A stretch of DNA of 64,000 nucleotides from Polyangia bacterium (lineage in GTDB: Bacteria > Myxococcota_A > Polyangia > Fen-1088). How positions within the stretch are numbered: the first letter of the stretch is position 1; each line of letters starts with the position of its first letter. The translations under genes were made by a program, and so were the position numbers. The notes beneath the pieces are model-generated. The model saw only the letters and a list, made by a program, of their open reading frames with translations. It ran no database searches and was not told where the DNA came from. Where the stretch lies: assembly GCA_036267635.1 (NCBI GenBank), contig DATAVR010000012.1:6834-70833 (forward strand), read 5' to 3'. Below, piece after piece: positions 21,014-29,621 of this stretch.

Positions 21014-23353
21014 ATGAGCCCCCGCCAGAAGGTGTTCGTGAGGCTGATCGTCGTCTCGGCGCTCGCTTGCGCGGGCGCGGTAGGGCGTGCAGCCGAGCCG
21101 CCGCCGCCCTACCGCGATCCGAAGCGCTCGGTCGCAGAACGCGTCGCCGATCTGCTGACCCGGATGACGCTGACCGAGAAGGTGGCGCAGCTCGGGAGCG
21201 TCAACTGGGACAAGAACGCCATCGACGATCCGAAGACGCATGAGCTGTCGCCAGCGCTGGCCGGCAAGCTGATGCCCGACGGCATCGGCGAGATCACGCG
21301 CCCCTCCGATCGGCACGACGCGCGCGGGGCGGTCGCCTTCGCCAACGCGATTCAGAAGTTCCTGGTTGAAAAAACCCGCCTCGGAATTCCGGCCCTCCTG
21401 CACGAGGAGGCGCTGCACGGCTTCGTGGCGCCGGGGGGGACCAGCTTCCCGCAGGCGCTCGGTCTGGCCGCTACCTTCGATCCGGCGCTGGCGGAGGAGA
21501 TCTTCACGGTGGCCGCGCGCCAGGCGCGCGCGCGCGGCGTGCAGCACGTGCTGGCCCCGGTCGTCGACGTGGCGCGCGATCCGCGCTGGGGGCGCATCGA
21601 GGAGACCTACGGCGAGGATCCCTATCTGGTGACCCGCATGGGCGTCGCCGCCATCCAGGGGTTCCAGGGGCGCCAGGGGGCCGACGCGTCGGTCGACGCG
21701 CACCACGTCCTCGCCACCGCCAAGCACTTCACCGCGCACGGGACGCCCGAGGGGGGGCGCAACACGGCGCCCGGAAATTGGTCGCCGCACGTCATCCGCG
21801 AGGTGTTTCTGCCGCCGTTCGAGGCGGCGGTGCGCGAGGCCAACGTGGCGACGGTGATGGCCAGCTACAACGAGCTCGACGGGATCCCGTCGCACGCCAA
21901 CCACTGGTTGCTGACCGATCTTTTGCGCGGGGAGTGGGGTTTCAAGGGGCTGGTCGTCTCCGACTACTTCGGCATCGCCGAGCTCGAGCGCAAGCACCAC
22001 GTGGTGGCGACGCTCCCCGAGGCGGGGCGCGCGGCGCTCGCCGCCGGGGTCGATCTGGAGGTGCCGCAGTTCGAAGGGTTCGCCTCGCTGGCCGCCGACG
22101 TGAAGGCGGGGCGCGTGCCGCAGGCATCAATCGATCACGCGGTGGCGCGCGTGCTGCGCGCCAAGTTCCTGCTCGGCCTCTTCGAGCACCCCTACGTCGA
22201 TGCGAACCTCGAAGCCGAGCGTCCGGCCGATCGCGCGCTCGCCCGCCGCGCCGCCGACGAGACCATCGTGCTGCTCAAGAACGACCGCAACACGCTGCCG
22301 CTCGATCCCAAGCGGCTCAAGTCGCTGGCGGTCATCGGCCCCAACGCGGCGGTCACCCGGCTCGGTGGCTACAGCGGCGTCCCCGATCATCCGGTCAGCG
22401 TCCTCGACGGCCTGCGGGCGCGGCTCGGTGACAAGGTCAAGGTGACCACCGCGCCCGGCTGCGGCCTGACCAAGGGGAACCGCGGTTGGGCCGACGACCT
22501 GGTCGAGCTGTCCGATCCCGCGGAGGACGCGCGCCTCACCGCCGAGGCGGCCAAGGTGGCGGCGGCGGCCGACGTGGTGCTGCTGGTCCTGGGACAGAAC
22601 GAGCAGCTCTCGCGCGAGGGGTGGGCCGACAACCACCAGGGCGATCGGACGTCGCTCGATCTCCCCGGCAAGCAGATGGAGCTGGCGCGCGCGGTGCTGG
22701 CCGCCGGCAAGCCGACGATCCTGCTCTTGATTCACGGGAGCCCGCTGACGATCCCCGAGCTGTCGCAAAATGTGCCGGCGATTCTCGACGGGTTCTATCT
22801 GGGCGAGGAGACCGGCACGGCGGTCGCCGACGTACTGTTCGGAGACGTCAGCCCGGCCGGGCGGCTGCCGGTCAGCGTACCGCGCTCGATCGGCACCATC
22901 CCCGCCTACTACGACTACAAGCCGTCGGCGCGCCGTCTGTATCTCTTCGAGCAGCCGGGCCCCGAGTGGCCGTTCGGCTATGGCCTGTCGTACACGACGT
23001 TCAAGTACGACAAGCTGGCGGTGAAGCCCGAGAAGATCGCGCCCGACGGCAAGACGACCGTCTCGGTGACGGTGACCAACAGCGGCAAGCGCGCCTCCGA
23101 CGAGGTGGTGCAGCTCTACATCCACGATCTCGTCAGCTCGGTCACCCGGCCGGTCCAGGAGCTGAAGGGGTTCCGGCGCATCCACCTCAAGGCGGGCGAG
23201 TCGAAGAAGGTCGAGTTCCCGCTCGGCTTCGACGAGCTCTCCTTCTACGACGTGAACATGAAGCGGATCGTCGAGCCGGGCCGTTTCGAGGTGATGGTTG
23301 GCGGCAGCTCCGACAAGGTCAGCAAGGTCAGCCTGGACGTCGCCGCCCGCTGA
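21014..23353 (+). CDS. Secreted glycoside hydrolase family 3 (beta-glucosidase type)
   Basis: Signal peptide VFVRLIVVSALACAGAVGRAA. Motifs: MTLTEKVAQL, APVVDVARDPRWGRIEETYGEDP, GLVVSDYFG, FGYGLSYTTF. Confidence 0.95.
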   Translation: MSPRQKVFVRLIVVSALACAGAVGRAAEPPPPYRDPKRSVAERVADLLTRMTLTEKVAQLGSVNWDKNAIDDPKTHELSPALAGKLMPDGIGEITRPSDRHDARGAVAFANAIQKFLVEKTRLGIPALLHEEALHGFVAPGGTSFPQALGLAATFDPALAEEIFTVAARQARARGVQHVLAPVVDVARDPRWGRIEETYGEDPYLVTRMGVAAIQGFQGRQGADASVDAHHVLATAKHFTAHGTPEGGRNTAPGNWSPHVIREVFLPPFEAAVREANVATVMASYNELDGIPSHANHWLLTDLLRGEWGFKGLVVSDYFGIAELERKHHVVATLPEAGRAALAAGVDLEVPQFEGFASLAADVKAGRVPQASIDHAVARVLRAKFLLGLFEHPYVDANLEAERPADRALARRAADETIVLLKNDRNTLPLDPKRLKSLAVIGPNAAVTRLGGYSGVPDHPVSVLDGLRARLGDKVKVTTAPGCGLTKGNRGWADDLVELSDPAEDARLTAEAAKVAAAADVVLLVLGQNEQLSREGWADNHQGDRTSLDLPGKQMELARAVLAAGKPTILLLIHGSPLTIPELSQNVPAILDGFYLGEETGTAVADVLFGDVSPAGRLPVSVPRSIGTIPAYYDYKPSARRLYLFEQPGPEWPFGYGLSYTTFKYDKLAVKPEKIAPDGKTTVSVTVTNSGKRASDEVVQLYIHDLVSSVTRPVQELKGFRRIHLKAGESKKVEFPLGFDELSFYDVNMKRIVEPGRFEVMVGGSSDKVSKVSLDVAAR

Positions 23354-23400
23354 CTTCGCCGCGCCGAAGGCCTCTGTTACGATGAAAGCCGGAGGGCCAC

Positions 23401-23934
23401 ATGAACGATGCCCGCGCGCTGATCGAGCAGCTCCAATCCGCCCACGCCTCGGCCAAGGTCGACGACGTCGGTTCGTACGAAAGCCTGGTCAACCCGATCG
23501 TGGCGCTCACCGAGGCGTTGCGCGAGGGCTACCAGGTCTCGATGCAGGAGCAGGTCCGGGCGCTCATCGACAAGATGCGAGCCGGAACGTTCCTCAGTCC
23601 GGCCGATCTGGCGACGATGGAGAGCTTCATCGTCGGTGACGCCGAGGCCTACACGCGCCTGGAGAACAACTTTCAGGACTGGCTGATTGAGCTCGGCCGC
23701 TTGGTCGGCGTGCTCGGCGGCATGAGCGAGGGCCTGCAGGGGAGCGGCTGGCTCGACGCGCTCGGCGAGATCGAGGACGCCCACCGCGTGCTCAACGACA
23801 TCTGCAACTACTTGCAGCAAAAAGAGCGCGTCACCCGCTTCCGCAAGACCGTCGCCGACGGTCTCACCCCCGAGCGCACGCAGATGTTGATCGAGATCCT
23901 GAAAGAGCTGCGCACGCCGATGGCCCGCATCTAG
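23401..23934 (+). CDS. Hypothetical all-helical cytoplasmic protein (177 aa)
   Basis: RBS GGAGGG precedes the ATG. The composition is protein-like (MNDARALIEQLQSAH...ICNYLQQKERVTRFRK). I recognise no family. Confidence 0.7.
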   Translation: MNDARALIEQLQSAHASAKVDDVGSYESLVNPIVALTEALREGYQVSMQEQVRALIDKMRAGTFLSPADLATMESFIVGDAEAYTRLENNFQDWLIELGRLVGVLGGMSEGLQGSGWLDALGEIEDAHRVLNDICNYLQQKERVTRFRKTVADGLTPERTQMLIEILKELRTPMARI

Positions 23935-23950
23935 CGGCTATTTGTGCCGG

Positions 23951-25306
23951 CTACGGCCCGCCGGAGACCGGCCAGCCGTTGGCGTCCCAGGCGATCTCGG
24001 AGATGCGCAGGGTGGCGGCGCCGCTCGAGCTCCCCTTGAGCGCGTGATACATGTTGTAGGTCTTGTTGTTGTAAACAATCACGGCGTTGTGGCCGGGGGC
24101 GGTCCAGCTGGCGTTCCCCTGCACCAGCAGCGTGCCGCCGCCCGACATGAGCGACGTGCCGGCCATGTCGGTGTACGGCCCGGTCACCGTCGTCGAACGC
24201 CCGACGCGGATGTTGTAGTCGTAGGCGCCGCTGCAGCAGGAGCCCCACGACGAGAACAGGTAGTAGTAGCCGCAGCGCTTGAACACCCACCCGCCCTCCA
24301 GGCTCCCCTTGGAGTTCGCCCCGTTGGCCAGCGAGTAAAGCGTCGTGTCGGCGCGGAGGCCGGTGGAGGCGTCCAGCTTGACCATCTTGAGGCCGCTCCA
24401 GAAGCTCCCGAACTCGAGCCAGGGCGTTCCGGCGTCGTCGATGACGACGTTCGGATCGATGGCGTTCCAGTTGTCGGTCTCTCCCATGTTCGAGCAGAGC
24501 ACCTGTCCCTGATCGGCCCAGCTGCCGCTGTCGAGCGCCGCCCGCGTCGCCTGCCCGATGCACGACTTGTTGCTGCCGAACGTCGAGGCCGCGTAATAGA
24601 GGTGATAGACGCCGCCGAAGTAAGAGATGTCCGGCGCCCACAGGTTGGTCGCCCCGGTGGCCGTCGCGGCCCACGACGGCAGCGCCAGCGGCGTCGCGGC
24701 GTTGTTCCAGGTCGTGAGGTTGGTCGACGTCTTGGCGATGAGGCCGGTCGCCGCCAGGTAGATCGTGCTGCCGAGGACGTACGCCGCCGGATCGTGCGCG
24801 CCGAGGCTCCCCGTCAGTGTCAGCGCCTGCGGTGGGTTGTTGGCGTCGTAGGTTTCGCCCGGGCAGGACGACATTCCGCCGACGCCTCCGGTTCCTGTGG
24901 TGCCGCCGGCGCCGGTCGCGCCCGACGACCCGCCTTGCCCCTTGCTCCCCGCGGCGCCGCCGGTTCCGGTCGCCCCGCCTTTGCCGCCGGCGCCCGCGGC
25001 GCCGCCAGAGCCAGTCGCGCCACCGGTCGCGGTCGCTCCGCCTGTGCCGGTCGCTCCCCCCGAGCCACCGCCAGAGCCGGTCGCGCCGCCGGTTCCGGTC
25101 GCGCCGCCAGAGCCGGTCGCGCCGCCGGCTCCTGTTGCGCCGCCCGAGCCGGTCGCACCGCCTGAGCCCGTTGTGCCGCCGGTTTCGGTCGCGCCGCCGG
25201 TACCTTCCCCGTTGCCGCCGGTGCCGGTCGTCGTCCCCGTCCCCGATTGCGAGCAGGCGAGCAGCGCGCAGAAACCCAACGATGCGATGGTGGTGCGAAT
25301 GTTCAT
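23951..25306 (-). CDS. Glycoside hydrolase family 43 (endo-arabinanase-like) lipoprotein with a Gly/Thr linker
   Basis: Lipobox ALLACSQ. The linker spans about aa 22-140. Motifs: GAHDPAAYVLGSTIYLAATG, LWAPDISYFGGVYHLYYAAS, NAIDPNVVIDDAGTPWLEFGSFWSGLKMVKLD, LEGGWVFKRCGYYYLFSSWG. Confidence 0.92.
   Translation of the reverse strand: MNIRTTIASLGFCALLACSQSGTGTTTGTGGNGEGTGGATETGGTTGSGGATGSGGATGAGGATGSGGATGTGGATGSGGGSGGATGTGGATATGGATGSGGAAGAGGKGGATGTGGAAGSKGQGGSSGATGAGGTTGTGGVGGMSSCPGETYDANNPPQALTLTGSLGAHDPAAYVLGSTIYLAATGLIAKTSTNLTTWNNAATPLALPSWAATATGATNLWAPDISYFGGVYHLYYAASTFGSNKSCIGQATRAALDSGSWADQGQVLCSNMGETDNWNAIDPNVVIDDAGTPWLEFGSFWSGLKMVKLDASTGLRADTTLYSLANGANSKGSLEGGWVFKRCGYYYLFSSWGSCCSGAYDYNIRVGRSTTVTGPYTDMAGTSLMSGGGTLLVQGNASWTAPGHNAVIVYNNKTYNMYHALKGSSSGAATLRISEIAWDANGWPVSGGP
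24886..25243 (-). repeat. Coding Gly/Thr linker repeat
   Basis: GTGGATGSGGATG-type units inside CDS 23951..25306. The complement gives the Pro-rich shadow ORF 24897..25328. Confidence 0.85.
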
Positions 25307-27291
25307 GAGCCCGTCCTTACGAAGGTGAAGTCATCGAGGGTGACCGACTGGTTGGCGGCGGCCGTGGTGGTGACGCCGATCTGGCACGTTCCGTTAGTGA
25401 CCGCGATGCCGGTAATCATCACTTGCGTGAAGCCCGTCATGGCCTTGGTGAGCGAGGCGTCCTTCTCGGCGCCACCGTAGCCTGTGGCGTAGAGGTTGGC
25501 GGTCGTCTGGCCGCCCGTGCTCTTGGCCCAGACCGAGAGCGTGTACGTTCCGTTGGGCAGGGCGGTCACCGCCTGGTTGAGCGTCGCCTGGTAGGCGCCC
25601 GTCGAGGTGAGCTGCCAGCTCCAGTTGCCGGTGTGGCCGCCCGAGACGTTGGTGTAGGGCGTCACGCCGCCGCCGCCGGTGGTGGTGGTCGTGGTCCAGC
25701 CGGCCGGCTGGGTCATCGCCACGCGGTCGGCCTCGAAGCTGGGATTGAGCGCGTAGTTGTTGTCGGGGCCGACGCTCCAGGTTCCGGCCGCGGCGCTCAA
25801 CGACCACTCGGACAGCGAGGCCATGGTCGGTGTCGTGCCGCTGAACGTGAGCGGGCACCACTCGTTGTAACCGAGCCCGTTGCCGGCGAAGTCGCTCCAG
25901 CGATCGCCCGCGAAGATGACCGTCGTTCCGGCCGTCCCTTTGACGGTGATGAAGAAGCCGGTTTGCGACACGTGGCTGAAGTCGTTGTCGGTGTTCCCGA
26001 TGACTCCCTCGGCGCCGTAGGGGCCTATGATGTTGCTGGCCGCGATGTAGTAGCTGTGCGAGGCATTCCAGCCGTGCAGATCCGACGAGCAGAAGTAGTA
26101 CATCCCATTGTACTTGAACATCGTGTTTCCCTCGCGCCCGGCGCCGCCGAAGATGCGGGTCGCCGCGTCGATGCTCAACGAATCGGAGGCGTGGACGGGC
26201 GCGACGTAAAGGTTGCTGCGCCCGCTGCTCGACGAGCAGATGAGGTACGACTTGCCGTCGTCGTCGGTGAAGATCGTCTGGTCGCCGGTCGTCGTGTTGG
26301 CGACGTTGGTGACCACCGCCTGCACGTGATCGAATGCGAACGTCCCGGTCGGCGTGTCGCTGGTGGCGAAGAGCTCGCCGGTCCCCGCCGGACCACCTTG
26401 GTACTGCGAGATGAGAACGTACTTCTTGGTGGTGGCGTTGTAGACGACGCCCATCCGGCCGATCCAGGTCCCCGAATCGACGTTGGCGCCGAGGCTGGCG
26501 GTGGTGAGGACATCGTTCTCGTGTTTCCAGGTGACGAGATCGGTCGACGAGTAGCAGGTGACGGCAACGAAGGTGGTGTCGCTGTTCTTCTTCGTGTTGG
26601 CGGCGTAGGTGACGGCGCCGTTGTACTTCACCCCGTACCAGTAGTAGGTGCCGTTGAAGCTGAAGACACCGCCGCCTTGCGAGTAGATCGGCGTTCCCGA
26701 GGTGTCCTTCCAGAAGAGGTCGTTGTGGATCAGCGCGCCAGTCGCACCCGCCGCACCGCCGGCGCCGGTTGCGCCACCCGTGCCGGTCGTGCCGCCGGTT
26801 CCGGTCGCGCCGCCGGTGCCGGTCGCGCCACCCGTGCCGGTCGTGCCGCCGGTTCCGGTCGCACCGCCGGTGCCGGTCGTGCCGCCGGTGCCGCTGCCGC
26901 CCTTACCGCCGGTTCCCGGCAGGCCGCCCGTCCCGGTGACGCCGCCGGTCCCGGTGCCGCCGCTCCCCGCTCCGGCGGCTCCGCCGGTTCCGGTCGCGCC
27001 GCCGTTCCCGGTCGCGCCGCCCGTGCTCGACGATCCGCCCTCGCCGGTGGCGGTTGCGCCGCCGGCTCCCGTCGCGCCGCCGGCTCCGGTCGCGCCGCCG
27101 TTCCCGGGCGAACCGCCTGCCGGCGATCCGCCGGTGTCGCCGCCGTCGCCCGATTGCCCGCCGCTGCCCGCGGTCGAGCTCGAGCCTGCCCCTCCGCATC
27201 CGACCGAGATCAGCGCCGCGCCGATCGCTACGCGCAGGATCTTCCTCGGCCAGGAAGAGGGAGGCGATCTGTGGTCGGTCCGTGGGGGCAT
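25303..27291 (-). CDS. Glycoside hydrolase family 43 with a long Gly/Thr linker and a C-terminal CBM (CBM4/9/22-like)
   Basis: The ATG at 27291 gives MPPRTDHRSPPSSWPRKILRVAIGAALISVGCGG. GH43-type blades: FWKDTSGTPIYSQGGGVFSFNGTYYWYGVKY and GREGNTMFKYNGMYYFCSSDLHGWN. The C-terminal region NPSFEADRV...GTYTLSVWAKS...VTLDDFTFV is CBM-like. An ATGA overlap links it to the downstream GH43 gene. Confidence 0.9.
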   Translation of the reverse strand: MPPRTDHRSPPSSWPRKILRVAIGAALISVGCGGAGSSSTAGSGGQSGDGGDTGGSPAGGSPGNGGATGAGGATGAGGATATGEGGSSSTGGATGNGGATGTGGAAGAGSGGTGTGGVTGTGGLPGTGGKGGSGTGGTTGTGGATGTGGTTGTGGATGTGGATGTGGTTGTGGATGAGGAAGATGALIHNDLFWKDTSGTPIYSQGGGVFSFNGTYYWYGVKYNGAVTYAANTKKNSDTTFVAVTCYSSTDLVTWKHENDVLTTASLGANVDSGTWIGRMGVVYNATTKKYVLISQYQGGPAGTGELFATSDTPTGTFAFDHVQAVVTNVANTTTGDQTIFTDDDGKSYLICSSSSGRSNLYVAPVHASDSLSIDAATRIFGGAGREGNTMFKYNGMYYFCSSDLHGWNASHSYYIAASNIIGPYGAEGVIGNTDNDFSHVSQTGFFITVKGTAGTTVIFAGDRWSDFAGNGLGYNEWCPLTFSGTTPTMASLSEWSLSAAAGTWSVGPDNNYALNPSFEADRVAMTQPAGWTTTTTTGGGGVTPYTNVSGGHTGNWSWQLTSTGAYQATLNQAVTALPNGTYTLSVWAKSTGGQTTANLYATGYGGAEKDASLTKAMTGFTQVMITGIAVTNGTCQIGVTTTAAANQSVTLDDFTFVRTGS
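26712..27195 (-). repeat. Coding Gly/Thr linker repeat (~160 aa)
   Basis: GTGGxTGTGG units inside CDS 25303..27291. The complement forms the Pro/Val-rich 5' part of track ORF 26702..27799. Confidence 0.85.
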
Positions 27292-27472
27292 GGATGGTCC
27301 TTTAGAAGGACAAAGGGGGCGCCGGCAGGGATCTGTTGCCGGCGGGTATCCAGATCGGTCACTTAGTTCTTGGATGAGGTGCCGCATCGCGACATGCGGG
27401 CGAATTCAAGCCCGCCCCCGATGGCCAACTCGACCTCGCGCACCGAGGTTTCGCAGTCAAAGGAGACCACCG

Positions 27473-27799
27473 ATGAAACGGACCTTGATGGCACTGATCC
27501 CCGCGGCACTGATGACCTTCGGCTCTGCGGCGTTCGCCGCCGATCCGGCCGCCAAGCCTGATTGCTCCGAGCAGCAGAAGGCGCTCGACGACGCCAGCGC
27601 GGCGGCGAAGACCGCCAGCGCCAAGCCCGACCTTTCGACCTGCAAGGAGATGAAGGGCAAGGACAAGAGCGACTGTGAGAAGCCGCTGAAGGATAAAGCG
27701 AAGTCCGACGCCAAGGCGGCCAAGGAGAACTCGAAGGCCACCAAGACGGCGCTCGAGTGTTGCAAGAACCCGAGGAAGAAGGGGGGCTGCAACCCGTAG
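27473..27799 (+). CDS. Small secreted Lys-rich, six-Cys protein (108 aa)
   Basis: RBS AAGGAGACC precedes the ATG at 27473. Signal peptide MKRTLMALIPAALMTFGSAAFA. The mature part is highly charged (PDCSEQQKALDD...STCKEMKGKDKSDCEKPLKDKAKSD...LECCKNPRKKGGCNP). It is the 3' end of track ORF 26702..27799. Confidence 0.7.
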   Translation: MKRTLMALIPAALMTFGSAAFAADPAAKPDCSEQQKALDDASAAAKTASAKPDLSTCKEMKGKDKSDCEKPLKDKAKSDAKAAKENSKATKTALECCKNPRKKGGCNP

Positions 27800-27911
27800 C
27801 CCGACACGCGTTTTCGAGGTGCGACGCCGCCGGATTCCTGGCCGGCGGCGTCTCGCCGCGCCGAGCGGCGCTTTTGTCGAGCCGCGGTGGTATTCTCGGA
27901 CGACCATCTTC

Positions 27912-28721
27912 ATGCGAAATGGCCGAATGAGCGCGGGGCGATTCGTTTTGATGGGCGTGCTCGGGGCGGGGGCGGCATTGTGGGCCGCCTCTTGTCAGGG
28001 GCCGGAGGAATTCTTCCGCGACAGCGGGGTCGTCAACACCACCGGGACCGGCGGTGCCGTCTCGAGCGGCGGCCGGGGTGGGGTGACTGGCCTGGGCGGG
28101 GGTAACGGTGGCTCGCCCGTAACGGGGACCGGCGGCACCGTCGGGACCGGCGGCGCGGTGGGGAGCGGCGGAAAAGGCGGCAGCGGAACGGGCGGCCTGA
28201 CGGGGACCGGCGGCGTGGTGGGGACGGGCGGATTGACTGGAACGGGCGGCCTGACCGGGACCGGCGGCAAAGGCGGCAGTGGAACAGGCGGTTTGACCGG
28301 GACGGGCGGCCTGACGGGGACGGGCGGCGTGGTGGGGACGGGCGGCGTGACGGGAACCGGTGGTCTGACCGGAACCGGCGGCGTAACCGGGACCGGCGGC
28401 TTGACGGGAACGGGCGGCGTCACCGGGACCGGCGGGGTCGGCACCGGCGGCGCGACGGGCGCGGCCGGATCGACGGGGACGGCGAAGAACTGCGTCGATG
28501 CGATCAAGCTCGCCGGCTATGCAGCGGGCGGTCAGATGTGCAGCGCCTGCAAAGACAACCAGACCAGCCTCGCCACGATTTGTGAGGCCGTCGTCGATTG
28601 CCTCGACACGATGTATCCGTGCAGCGGCAACTGTCAGCTCGGCTGCTTCAACAACAACGGCGCGAGCGGCGTCGTGATGACCTGCGTGAGCGCGCTTCTC
28701 TCGGCCGCCTCCTGCATGTAG
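27912..28721 (+). CDS. Lipoprotein made of ~14 GTGG(L/V)(T/V) hexapeptide repeats plus a C-terminal 10-Cys domain
   Basis: Met at 27912 (or 27927). Signal and lipobox LMGVLGAGAALWAASC. The repeat array is GTGGLTGTGGVVGTGGLT... The C-terminal ~80 aa read NCVDAIKLAGYAAGGQMCSACKDNQTSLATICEAVVDCLDTMYPCSGNCQLGCFNNNGASGVVMTCVSALLSAASCM. Confidence 0.7.
   Translation: MRNGRMSAGRFVLMGVLGAGAALWAASCQGPEEFFRDSGVVNTTGTGGAVSSGGRGGVTGLGGGNGGSPVTGTGGTVGTGGAVGSGGKGGSGTGGLTGTGGVVGTGGLTGTGGLTGTGGKGGSGTGGLTGTGGLTGTGGVVGTGGVTGTGGLTGTGGVTGTGGLTGTGGVTGTGGVGTGGATGAAGSTGTAKNCVDAIKLAGYAAGGQMCSACKDNQTSLATICEAVVDCLDTMYPCSGNCQLGCFNNNGASGVVMTCVSALLSAASCM
28035..28485 (+). repeat. 18-bp-period coding repeat (GTGGxT hexapeptides)
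   Basis: Seen directly in the sequence. Units differ mostly at synonymous positions (ACC/ACG/ACA, GGC/GGA/GGT). The complement gives the Pro/Val-rich shadow ORF 27995..28507. Confidence 0.9.
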
Positions 28722-28772
28722 CGGCGACCGCGTGCTTGCGCGGCCGCGGATGAGCCCGTAACTTTCGGGCCC

Positions 28773-29621
28773 ATGAAACGCCTCTCTGCTCTGTTGGGAT
28801 CCGCTGCATTCGTCTGTTGTCTGGCCGGCCTCGCGCGCGCCGATCTCGATCTGCCGCGGCCGAGCCCCTTCGCCAAGGTGGTGCAGACCGTCGGGCTGAC
28901 CGACATCACCGTCGACTACAGCAGCCCGGGCGTCAAAGGGCGCGCGATCTGGGGCGCGGTCGTCCCCTACGACAAGATGTGGCGCGCCGGCGCCAACCAG
29001 GCGACGAAGGTGACCTTCAGCCGCAACGTCAGCTTCGCCGGAAAGCCGGTGCCGGCGGGGACCTACGCCTTCTTCTTGATTCCCACCAAGGCGGCTTGGA
29101 CCGTCATCCTCAGCAAGAAGGCCGATCAGGCGGGCACCGGGCAGGACTACAAGAAGGGGGACGATCTGCTGCGCGTGCAGGTGACGCCCACCGCGGCGCC
29201 GTTCCGCGAGCGGTTGGCCTATCTCGTCACCGACTTCACCGACGACAAAGCCTCGCTGGATCTCGAATGGGAGAAGCTGCGCCTGTCGATCCCGATCGCG
29301 GTGCAGACGTCGGCCCAGGCGCTGGCCAACATCAACAACGCCGTCGACAACGGCTGGCGCACCTACGCCAACGCCGCCCGCTACATGCTGGAGAACAAGA
29401 AGGACTACGACACCGGCATGAAGTACGTCGACCAGTCGCTGGTACTCAAGGAAGACTGGTACAACGTCTGGATCAAGGCGGAGCTGCAGGCGGCCAAGGG
29501 GAACCTCAAGGACGCGCGCGCCACCGGCGAGCACGCCTACGACCTGGGGAAGAAGTCGCCCATGTTCTTCCTCGAGGGCGAGGTCAAAAAGACGCTCGAG
29601 GACTGGAAGAAGAAGAGCTAA
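28773..29621 (+). CDS. DUF2911 family secreted protein with a helical C-terminal extension
   Basis: Signal peptide LLGSAAFVCCLAGLARA. Motifs: DYSSPGVKGRAIWGAVVPYDKMWRAGANQATKVTF, GTYAFFLIPTKAAWTVILSK. Confidence 0.85.
   Translation: MKRLSALLGSAAFVCCLAGLARADLDLPRPSPFAKVVQTVGLTDITVDYSSPGVKGRAIWGAVVPYDKMWRAGANQATKVTFSRNVSFAGKPVPAGTYAFFLIPTKAAWTVILSKKADQAGTGQDYKKGDDLLRVQVTPTAAPFRERLAYLVTDFTDDKASLDLEWEKLRLSIPIAVQTSAQALANINNAVDNGWRTYANAARYMLENKKDYDTGMKYVDQSLVLKEDWYNVWIKAELQAAKGNLKDARATGEHAYDLGKKSPMFFLEGEVKKTLEDWKKKS

Noticed and set aside
20936-22000. N-terminal 355 codons of the 1117-aa minus-strand ORF 18647..22000
   Set aside because: They are antisense to the GH3 gene at 21014. The lipoprotein signal peptide of the GH44 protein starts at the Met at 20935.
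27995-28507. Possibility that the periodic 18-21-bp repeats are CRISPR arrays or non-coding satellites
   Set aside because: No unique spacers alternate with the repeats. The repeats are in frame inside ORFs with signal peptides and folded C-terminal domains, and the variation between units is concentrated at synonymous positions.
27363-29534. 723-aa minus-strand ORF
   Set aside because: It spans three independent plus-strand genes (27473, 27912, 28773), each with a signal peptide and RBS. The translation is Arg/Ala/Pro-rich and without motifs.
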